A DNA stretch of 64,000 nt from Anaeramoeba ignava BMAN (lineage: Eukaryota; Protista; Anaeramoebae). The notes under the pieces were generated by a model that was given only the letters and a program-made list of their open reading frames with translations, was not told where the DNA came from and did no database searches. The stretch is from assembly GCA_028826165.1 (NCBI GenBank), contig JAPDFW010000136.1, positions 558,001 through 622,000 of the forward strand, given 5' to 3'. The number at the start of each line of letters is the position of its first letter. The stretch's first letter is position 1. Below are positions 27,601-39,154 of the stretch, in pieces. The position numbers and the translations under genes are program-made.

Positions 27601-30600
27601 CAATTGTTCAGTAATTCATCCAAACCTCCAACTACAGATGAATAAAACCGTTCATCATTTTCTGCACTAAATAATTTTGCCAAAAATGTCAAAATGACAG
27701 GATTTCCAACTGAATCCGAATTAATATTCAATCCACTAAGAAAGCGAATATATCGATTCCCAATAATTTTTTCCAGGAAATTCTTAACGTTTGATGAAAC
27801 CAATTTGTGGTGATGATCTTCTAATTTTGTGAAATTCAAAATTAATCTTTCTGCAACAATCCTTCCAAGTTGTTCTAAAAATAATGAAGAATAACGAATT
27901 ATTTTGAAAAATTTTTCTTGTTTTTCTTTGATTTCTTTTTCATTGAAAATGGATTCGAAATGATCTGCCTTTTCTACTCTTGTTTTTGCAAATTGGACAT
28001 CTAATTTTTCCGTTTTTTTCATTCAAACTTTCTATTATACTGTATGAAACAATTCTTGAATCTAGTTTTTGATCTGGAATTTGTTTTTGGCACAATAAAT
28101 GATCCTCGCTAGAATCAAAAAATATTTTTTCCATTTCTTTCATTGAAGTAAAATTCTGCAAAACCCATTGCTGATCATTCCAAATATATCCTCTCAGTTC
28201 TTCCCAAATTGGTGCGAATATTTCCTCAAAATAATTCTCGAATTTTACTCTTTTTTGGAATGATTTATCAATAAATGCACTCATTTTTGCTGTTGTTCGA
28301 TTTGAGCGGAATGCGGATACAACTTGTATGCTATATTTCTTGATCAGAATATGGTTCCATTTATTAATCAATGACTTGATTTTGAGCGAGTTTGATTCTT
28401 GTCTTTCACTTGTTTTTTGTAAAAGATCCACGAGATTATCGAAGTTGGATTCAAAGAAAATGATAATCTTTTGGAAATTTGGATTTTTTTGATATGCTTC
28501 GACATCCAACTTGACTAAAATATCGAAACAAAAATCAAGGAACTGAAAACCTGAAAATATAACATTTCGGCTTCGATAATTGGAACTCTCAAAAAATTTG
28601 TTGTCAATGGTTCTCATCTCGTTCCACATAATCATTATCAGATCTAAGTAAGGCTTAATATCATGAGAAAAAGTTTTGTGTATTTGAACCAATAAATCTT
28701 TTGCATTTCTCAAGTTTGGTTTCATGGATTTGATCATTTCCCAAACTTGAATATTCAAATGATTCAGAAGCTTATCCTGTTGTTCCTCTGTCAAATGAAA
28801 AGCGTTGGAAATCTTTGAAATATCTTTTGGGTTAAATCTGCATATGTATTCTCGTCTCGGCAAATCTCTTTCTGGATTACAGATAACAATTCTTTATTCT
28901 CTGGTTTTTCATATTTGTTTTCTTCGATGATAGAATATATGTGATAAGAAAATGGGGACCGGGAATTTGTGAAATCATCCGCTTTTAATATATGGAACAC
29001 TGGAAGATGCGTTTTTGCAATAATTGTTTGCCATAAACGGGCTACATTCTGATTTTGTGAAATGAAAAGATCAAGATTCTGATTTCTGTTAATATTGTTC
29101 AAAAATATTGAGAATATTTGAATCGTTTTCTCTCGGAAATGGTGAAAAAGAAATGAGTTGAAAGATTGATAGTTTTCTTCATTCTTCCATTTTTCTCGAA
29201 TAATCTTGATCAGATCCCATTCATAAATATTAATTTGCTCCTCAACTCCTGATTGGATCATTTCGATCAGAGTATCATAAACAATCTTTTGGAACGCATC
29301 TGTTTGTAAGAGCTTATGAATCCTATCGAGAAGAGTTGAGTACTTGGTGGTGGTGGAATCTAAGAAACGGGATAAAGACATTCCTGCAATATTAGGAAGA
29401 AGATCTTGGATTCTACGCTGATTGTTTCTGAAAATGCTTTCAAAAGTGTTTGTTTCTTGTCTAAATTGAACCAAGGAAATCAAATTGGATTTTGGGCATA
29501 AGTTCTTCAACATAATAATATTCCCAAATATCTTCGAAGGAAAAAGAAAGATCAGAAACAGTTCCATTCGGAGAAAGATGAATAAGGAAGATGACAAAAA
29601 ATTTCTGTGTTGAGAAATAATACTCTTTTCTTTCCTTTTGATTGGCAAATTTAATATCTTTGTTTTTATCATTTTGCTGAAGGAATTCGTATATTGAAGT
29701 TTCCATTAGATATTTTGATTGATAGAAAATTTGTGATGCTTTTTCATTTGGGTTAAAGTGGATGATTAAAGCATGCTTCTCGTCATTCAAGTTTTTGTTC
29801 TCTCTATTGAGGAATTTCTCTTTAATCTCGGATGCCAGATTTTGGTCTGTTTCAATATAGAGAAGATCGATTGTTGAGAATGTGTATCCTTGAGGATATT
29901 GAAGGTTTTCATAATTCGGTGAGTGCGTGAAAATAACTGAATTGTGAATTTGCTTTGGAGCGATCTCCTTATGAAATAGATCATCGAAGCTTTGGTGTTG
30001 GGATTCCAAGTAATTGGTGCATTCTTGATCAAGTTTTTCCAGATCTTGAAAGCCGGTTTGAGCTCCTTGAAGTTTTTGTTGATTAATGAAATATTTTAGT
30101 TCAATAATCTTATCAACTTTGCAAATTCTAATCCAATAATGCATTCCAATTTGGTTCAGTTTTTGAAGATTCATTTCCTCGAAATTATTATTGTTGTTGT
30201 TGTTGTTATTGTTATTGTTATTATTATTGTTATTATCAAAAGATTTTCTTTTGTATTGATTTTGGATCTTGATCCCAAGCGTATCAAGCAAATCAGGATG
30301 GTTGATCACGAGGAAATTGTCTGGATGAATTGATTGAAGTGATACTTTTTTCACTTTCTCGAAAATTTCTTTCTGATTGGAGACAAATTGCTTAATAAAT
30401 GGGTTCTGAATAAAATCAGAGGGAATAAAAAGTTGTTTCTCAAAACGATTCAAAACAGCTGGTGATTCGTTTTGATATGCTTCCATTTTGTCTATAACAA
30501 CAAGAACGCGAAAGTTTGGATTGATTTGGATAGAATCTGAACTATCTCCAAATGATATACGCGCAAAAACTTTATCTTCAATTTGTGCATAATTTTGATT

Positions 30601-33600
30601 GAGGAGATCATAAAGCGGTTCAAAAAGCTGCTTGTTATTGCATAACACAATTGTTTCTCCCAATCTCACTGACAACTCAACTTTTTTCAAGTTTTGAATT
30701 ATTCGAAGAAAGTTTCGATCTTCAGCAAAAGATGATCCAAACATTACAGCACTTTTGGTCTCAATTTGTTGCAAAATGACAGGGAAAAGAGCCAAATTAT
30801 CAACTAATATCATCAAATGTCTGGAAAATTTGTGAATTTCATCATTAGTGAGATTGTACTCCTTCCTTTCTTCATTAGGAAGTAACTTCCCCTTGAGATT
30901 TTGTTCAATCAAGACTCGTGTTGTGGGAACGAAATCAGGAACTTGTATCCCTAATATTTGACATATTTTCGATTCCAAGTTACCAAGAAATTCGGGTTTT
31001 GATCCAAAATTCCTATAGATGAAATTCCAGAGAAGTTTCGGATTTCGATAATTTTCATGAAATTTAGAAGTCGACTTTGCAATCATTTTGAGCAGGTAAT
31101 AGAAGTCTCTGAGTCCATAGTAATTTTGGTTGATTTTCTGTCCATGAAAATTGAGAGGATTGCTTTTTTGGTAATCAATGATGAGTTTGTATACTTCAGC
31201 TAATTTCTCTGGAAAATCTGCAGATGTTCTTGATTGCAAAGAGCTGAGAATCATTGTAGCAGTTTTTTGGAGTTCTTTTTTTGTTGGTTCTAGTCTTCTG
31301 AGTAAAATACCCCGATTTGTATTTGCTGGATCAAGTTTCCAATTCGATATAGCAAGAACAGCAATATCTGCATTTTTGCGGGCTTTTTTCTTATCCTTTT
31401 CGCTTTTTTGATTGTTATTGTTATTGTTATTTTCATTTTGATTATTATTATTATTATTATTGTTATTGTTATTTTCATTTTCATTTTGATTTTGATTTTG
31501 ATTTTGATTTGGCTCTTTTGATTTCTCAAGCAAATGCTTTTTGTCTGATTTTTCAAGTTCAGCATGAAGTACTTTCAAAGGCAAATGAGGACTTAATTCT
31601 GCTAATGCAACTTCATCCAAAATTACAACAGGTATTGTTGTTTCTCCATCTGTTTGAGTTGCAAAATCTCGAGCAGAATCAAAAATTTCTTGGATTCCTT
31701 TTGAAGTTGTCATTGGGGAGCATTGGAGATAAAAAGGTTGTAATGATGGAATTTTCCATCTTGAAATAAATGTGTTTTCACTTCTTGGGCGTAAAATATG
31801 CATCAGTAATTCAATAGAAAGAGATTTTGATGATCCTAATTTAAATAAAGAAACAGAAATGAAAAGCGTTTTTAGTTATGATTTCAAATTGCAATTAGAA
31901 TTTTTGAATTATTTACCTGGTTTGCCAACAATAAATAATGGAATTTTCACATAGCAAGAGATAAATATTAGCAATATATTTTCCTTCAATGCCTCGTTGA
32001 TTGCAACTGTGGGGTCATGCTTCTGGATTTCTAGAGCATTGATTAAATTTTCCTGAATATGCGTAACAATTTCTTTGATGGTTTTATTGGATTGAATACT
32101 TTTTGATAACTTGGAATACTCATTTTGGAGATCACTCAAGAAACGATCTCTCACATCCCCAACAAATCGAGTGGCATAGCAAACAAAGAGAGATAGAATA
32201 ACTGCATAATGTATTTTTTTGTTTCTTTTGATATGAAGTAATTTTGTCCCTTCTTGAGTTGAGATTAACCATTTGAAAATTCTCAAAGTCCTTGAGGCAT
32301 CTCTCAAAGAAACAGAGCTTTCCTGATCATCTGAATATTGACGAACAAAATTATGTGACTGGCAAATGATCATTGTGAAATTCGCGCCAATTTCAAGAAG
32401 CTTTTCTTCGGTATAATTACTTGAAATTTCACTCAAAGTTTGCTTCACCATCTCCGAGATATAAACTCTTTCAATATTACTTGTTAGACTTCCAAAGTCG
32501 TAGATATCTTCCAAAAACGAATCTGGAATAGGATGAACACGATAAACAGCTTGTTGGATTTTCTTCATTTGCTGCTGTTCTTCTCCGTAATGAAAAGTCA
32601 GAATCCCATTTGGTAATGTATCACTATCATCTTGATAGCTTTGATTATTCTTGGGTTTCTCTTTCTCATTTCCAACCTTTTTTCGAATTGAATAGTCATG
32701 TTCGATATTCTGGATTTGATTAATTTTAGGTTTTTTGTCATGTTTTTGCGGGAAAGATGAATGATCTTCTTTTCGTAAACGATAAGGATTTGCTGCAGCT
32801 AATAGTTTAATTTCATCAGATAGTGGCTGTCCATTTATGCAGCGATCAATCAAAATTTCTTTGAATAACATAATGCAGTCTTTGGATGCTGTATTGAATT
32901 CATCAAAGAATATGTAAATGAACATCAATCTTTCATTTTGGATTTTTGCTTTCGCTTTTGTAATGGTTTTGATGATGTCTTTCTTTTTCGTACCTCCATG
33001 AATATTTTTGATTATTAACTTTTGTTTCATCACTTCTTCGATCAAATATTTGATCAATGCTGTTTTGCCGCATCCTGTTTCTCCAAGTAAAATAACAGGT
33101 AATCCTGCAAAAAGCTTGTACTGAATATAAACCATCTTCATAAAGTTATCTGATGTGAGAACATATCTTTTTTTTCTTTGAGAAAAATCCTCATTGGCTT
33201 TTTCTTTTTGTTCTAACAAAAGCATTGGAGTTGGATTAAGTGCATTTAGAGTTCGGAGAACATATTCTTCCTTGATTCCAACAAGATCAGTTTCACTTGA
33301 TAAACGATCATGAAAATGAAAATTATTGATTTCCAAAATGGGTCTTAGTTCCTCTGAAAATTGACTTTTCATCGCATTTGGATTCCTTCCTATTAAGTTG
33401 ACCCCATTGATTTCCTCGTTTTCGCTCATAAAGAGAACAAGTAAAGACAAATCCCTTGTTTTCCATGGTCTTCTCTCAAGAAGTAGTTTGGATAAATCCT
33501 CGAGTTCTGTCATATTAGGATCAGATGATTTGGTAACCCAGTTGATAGAGCGGGAAACCATATTAGTCACTGAATACATATATGATTGAAAAAGATCGTT

Positions 33601-36600
33601 GATAAACCGCATTCCGAAATCGCTTGGATTCCATTCGTCTTCCCAACTCTGCGAAATTTTATTAAGCTCAGAAATTTTTTGTTCGACAATCCTCTGCCTT
33701 GCTTCCTTGAATACATCAGATTCCATATGGTCAAAAATTTGTGGTCCAAAAAAATCAAACATTCGAGCATCTACATCGCTTTGGAAATCTGTGGATATAA
33801 TAACCTCATCAAGACTCTGAGGTTTCTGCAAAAAAATAAGTTTGGCTGATCTCAAATCGAAGAAGGTGTATTTGATTAATGCATTGACGTGACTTTTCAT
33901 TATCGTCCAGAAATTTGATAAGATCCGAAATGTTGATTGCGTATTTATTGGATCGTGCTGAGTAAATCTTTCTAGAGTTTTTGTTAAGAACAGTTGTTTA
34001 TCCGTTTTAATGTTATTTACGATAATCATTCGGTCTTCTCGTTGAGTTGCGTTAAATTGTGTAAATTGGTTTTGTGCAACAGTCCAAAAATTTGCGACTT
34101 TCTCAAGCTCAAAATCTTGAATCAACTTAATTTCATTCGATTGTGTGATTTCGTATTTGTCCAATGAAAAGACATTTTTTTCAAATTTACATTTCACTTC
34201 TTCCGCATATTTTAAAGGGGAGAAATGGATCAATCCATTCTCTGAGTTATAAATTCTACTACTTGGTATTTCCACTGCTAATTCGAATGATTGGTTGAAA
34301 ATCCAAACTAAATCATTTGCTCGATCAATTTTCCTGCGATTTTCAATAGATTTCCACATCAATAATTCCCAAAGAAAGTCAAGAGTTGGTCTTTCAGGCA
34401 AATATGGGAATTCCACATGAAGATATTTTTGGGAAAATTTAATTGTTGGATCCTTGACAAGATCTCTAATTCTTTTGATTGCTTCAGAAGCTGTTCCCCT
34501 CTTAAGCAATAGAGAGAAATAGAAATAATTGTTTCCTTTGTTCTTTTGATAGCATTGCTTGCGGATCTGGTAACTTTTCCCCAATCCCGCAAACTCAGAT
34601 GTGAATACCCTCACTTTTCCATAATCATTCTGACTCTGTTGGAAAATTTCCTGAATTTCCTTTCTTTCCAAAAAATCCAATCTCTCTTTTATTTCCCCTT
34701 CGCGGAAGGCTTGAATCAAATTAAGAACTGAATATAACTGACCTGAACATAACAATACCAATGGATGTGTTGTTTTATAATTGATTTTCTGAAGCTGCTT
34801 TATCAGAAAGTTGTTGTTTTTTTTGCTCAGATCCTGGGTGTACAAAACAGTGAAAAGAAACTTGTTTTGAGAATTTGCTAATTCAGTGTTGTAGAATTTA
34901 TAGACATTCATAAAATTACGTATATCATCCTCAGTTGTTGAGCTTCCACAAATCATCACAGTTTCTCTGAGAGGGAAATGGTCTGAATAGCAGAAATGGA
35001 AAGAAGTCGCAATGTCATACACCTGTGTGCTGTCTTTGAAGTTGTAAATATAGATTTTAGGATCAACAATTGTTCCTTTTCTTTGTGTAAAGAAGATTTG
35101 GTATTGATTTGATAACTTGTCAATTTTTTGATTTGTTGTTTTCGCGTGAATTTGAATAATGCGTGTTCCGATGTGGTTGGGGATGCTTAATAATTTGACT
35201 AATTCCGATGTGAAATGGTGAATGTTCAATTCAGAAGCAGAATCATTTGCAATCTGAATGGTTTTCAATTCTTTGAGATCTTTTTCTGCTAATTTTGGAT
35301 TAACTAAATTGAACAAATACAGAACATCTTCAGTTTTTCCTTTGAAATGAAAATTATGAAGAATCGAAAAAAATTGTTCCTTTGAAAAGAAGCAGATGAG
35401 AGGGAAATCTTGATAAACTTTGTTGATTTGGTTTTCCCATTTCTCGAGATCGTTTCGCAGGTCTTGTTGCAATCTCAACAGACTCCTTTTCCAGTCGCTA
35501 GTTGAAGATAAAACCAGATTATGTTCATATCCATCAAATCTATATTTGAAATGTGCGGAGTCAATCAGTTTTTGGAACAGATGCGGAAGATCCTCGATTA
35601 TTGGGAATAACTCTTGGAAATTGCTAATATATTTGAGATCAAATTCCTTCTGCGCAACCCTGATTTGGGAATCTAAAACTGTTTCTGTTCCTTTGAATTC
35701 TTGTGTGTTTTGTGTGTTTTGGAAAATGTAGTACATTTCGTACAAATCTTTCAAAAATATCGATTCTTTTTGGATTTGGCACTCGAAATTCTCTTTCTTT
35801 TTTTTAGGTGAGAATTGGAAGATGAATTTGCATCCTTCCGAAAACATTTTCTTCACTCTTTCTCCGGCTCTTTGTTGTATTGTTTGCTTTTTTTCTTTTA
35901 AGGTTTCAAGAAACTCGTGGAAAGTTTGATGTAAAAATCCAAAATCAATTTTTGCTTCTTTGGGAGCATTCTCCACTGAGGTTTTAATTTTCTCTAAAAA
36001 TTCATCGAGACTCTTGAAAGGTTTCTCGGAGTAAAGATACGATTTCATCCGATCTCGAAGAATTTCCAATGATCTCCCAGTTTGGAAAAATCCTAGAATT
36101 TCCAAGAAGACTTGAATCAATAGAGGCCTTAAATTGCTTGTCATTCTGACTTTTCAACCATTTAATAATTCGATCATCAAAATACTCCACTTCTTTCATT
36201 TCGATTGATCCATCATCATTTTCATTTTGGATTTCCTTTTCATCGTCTTTTTCTTCTTGAACAATCTTGCTTCTTTTCGGCATCAAAGAACCAATAAAAT
36301 CAAGAATTTGAGGTGATAAGTTTCGAGATGTTTCCAGTGTTGTTTTCAATATTGTTGCGACTTCAGATAATTTGTTTTCGTGCTGGAATTTGGGATCAAT
36401 AAATTTTGGTTTTTGCTCAAAATCAAAAAGAGAACAGAATTTTTGGAAGGAAGGAAAAGTTTCTTGATTTCTCATAATATATCTATAATCTCTAATATTG
36501 CTTTCATCCATTTCCATCTCTTTTGAACCAGGAAAAAGAGCGTGATCCAATTCGAGAATTTCCATTGATAGTTGTTGATCAGTCATTTGTAAGGGGAAAA

Positions 36601-38996
36601 GATTCTTTAATTCCTTGAATGTGATTTCTTTGGTGTAAATTTCGGTACGTATTTGTTCCCAATTTGTTTTGGAAACTAAAATGAGATTTTTTGTAATATC
36701 AGGCAAAGATAACTCAGTGTTTGGAGGGATTTTTTCGCATTCTTTTTGCCAAATTTGCATAAAAATAGAACTTGGTTGTAAGAGATCCAAAGTTTCCAAA
36801 TATCTAAAATCAAGATTTAAATCATCGAAAAAAGTATTGATGGAAGATAATTTGTGTTTTTTCTTCTTATTATCTGGGTCACTCTCCGGGAATGTTCTCT
36901 TGTGTGATTTTATCTAAAACTTTTTCAATCTTTTTGTCTTTCACAAGTATGTGAAAGTTTCGAAGGTATTCTGCAGAAAAATTAAGCAATAACTTCTCTT
37001 TTTTATCGAGTTCATCTTTTTTTGCTTTTGTTTCTTCGAAATTGAGATCTTGAGAAAAAAGTTGAAAAAAATCATTGTATCTTGGAAGATTATTATAGTA
37101 ATCATAATATTCACTAATGGTTACTGTTTCGGGAAGCTTCAACCTTGTGATTTTACTCGTGATATCTCCTTTCCATTTAAGAAGGAGTTTATAAAATTTG
37201 CTTTCATCTTTCTTTTCTTTGTCAACCTGGAATTTTTCAATATTGGAAAGCCATCTCATTGTCGTAGTTAATTTCATTCTTTCATTTTCTTTCAATTGTT
37301 TCAAGAAAGAAAAGAAATCACCGGTATACATATCCATACTTTGTATTTCCAAGTGTTTTTCCCAAAATGAAATTTGGAAAGGATCAAGTGGAATTTTTTT
37401 GAAGAATGTGCTCGTCATCAACAACCTGATCTGCAGAAGCATGTTTGAAATAAACTGAATATGTAGTTTATGATTAAATCCTGAATTTTTTGATTTTTTT
37501 TCATTTGGAAAATCTCGTTGATCGCAATTTGTTGAAGCATAAAAATGCTTTCGAGTTTCCGAAATTTCTGATTTTCAAAATTTTTTTGAATGATGTTTTC
37601 AAGATGTTTTTTTTGAAAAAAATAAAATTCTGTTCCCATATGCTCAACCAGCGGATCGTTGTTTCTTTTCCTTTGTGTAATTTCGGTTTTGATTTTTTTG
37701 AAATTTTTTTCACAAACTTGGTAAAATTGTTCCCAGAAATTAATCCAATTTTTTAGTTCTAAAAATTCGAGAAACTCCATTAAAGAATAAATCTTTTTTT
37801 GTTTAAATTTGAGAACGAGATTGGCGAAGAATTGATCATCTTTGAGTAATTCCGGGAAAAAAACGATTTTTCAAACTATTTTTTGCTAAAAGACGGATAA
37901 AATGCTCCCAAGTGAAGCTTTGCGAAAGAAATTGGGAGTTGAGTAATTGTTTGAGCATAGAAATCAAGTTTCTGAAATATTCGATTTCCAATTCTTTTTT
38001 TTTGGGTGGATAAACAGGGAACCCTTCTTGATTGAATAAATGATAGAGTGGGTAATAATGAACTAAGTAAAACTTATCGCTTCTTTTAGCACCAAATGTT
38101 AAAAGGAGATGAACTTGACTCATAAAGCGTGTCTGTTGATTGGCATTTAAATCGTTTAGGTTGTGAAATATATCATAAATGAGTCTGAAAAAATTTCTCC
38201 AGTTGAACAGTAGTCAACTTTGTGGAAATTAAAGCTTCTGTCACTTTTTCGATTTTTGCAAAAGTTATGGTAATAAATCAAAAAAATTCTCAAAATAAAT
38301 GGGAAATTTGGATCAGATAAATTATTCAAAAATTGAGAATTTTGAAAAAATTGTGTCCAAAAAGGATGATTTCTTTTTTCATCTTGCGTGAAAAGTGAAT
38401 CAATTTGATCCACACCTTTGTTAAGTTCCAAAAATTGGGCTTGAGGATTCTGTATTTGTTGCTGAATTTGATTTGTAAAACAGAATAAAAAATTATTGAG
38501 AAATGATAATGCCATTGCGCTCTTATCGAATTTTTTATCTTCAGAAGTTAATCCGATGAATTGGAAAAAACCCTCCCAAAAATGCTTATTGACTTCTTCA
38601 AAATCAAATAAATGGAAAATGTATCGAAATGGTTGAGGATCTTTTGAGGGATTTTTTGAAATTTGCATTTTCTTTTGATCTTTTGGATTCCACTTTTTGT
38701 GGATGTTCAGAATAAATGAGATAATTAAATGAGTTTTTCTTGCTTTTTTGTTTTATGAAGTTCATTATCCACACATTAGAATTTGGATCATTTTGCTTAA
38801 TTTCTATATTACGAAACCTTTTTGCATTTGTTTTAACTTGAAAATTTTCCACTTTTTTTTCTTTTTTTTTCAGTTTTTGTGTGAGAATATATTTTGCTTT
38901 TTCTGCATCAATAAATGAAAAAATATAAATCATTTCTTGTTTTTGTCTTTTCTTTTCTTCTTCTTGTCTTTTCTTTTCTTCTTTTTTTCTTTCCAT
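24674..38996 (-). CDS. RNF213/mysterin-like giant AAA+ ATPase with degenerate RING and RZ-finger remnants (~4700 aa if frame breaks are corrected); frame-broken in this sequence
   Basis: RNF213-type motifs VFTSEFAGLGKS, PVILLGETGCGKT, FFDEFNT, AAANPYR, VYRVHPIP, YDFGSL, PLFIVGKPG|SSKSL (across GT-AG intron 31836-31916), QCSPMTTSKGI, VVILDEVALAELSPHLPLKVLH, ISNWKLDPA..NRG, PLYDLLNQNY, LNRFEKQ. ORFs tile head to tail on the minus strand from 38996 to 24674. Confidence 0.88.
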
Positions 38997-39154
38997 AATG
39001 ATAGATAAAAAAACAATTTAAAAAATTGAAAAAATGAAAAATGAAAAATGAAAAAAAAAAATTTTTGGTTTTGTTTGTTTGGGCAAATTTTTATTTAGAA
39101 AAAGAAAAGAAAAAGAAAAGTGGAATTTGTGTTTTCTTTTTAATAATTTGTTTT

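Noticed and set aside
24674-38996. Stop-codon reassignment, Euplotes-type AAA-TAR frameshifting, or micro-introns as the cause of the RNF213-like fragmentation
   Set aside because: Frames change at each junction, so readthrough cannot fix them. Stops are not preceded by AAA, and the protein-like switch points lie upstream of the stops. I found no suitable GT-AG pairs except 31836-31916.
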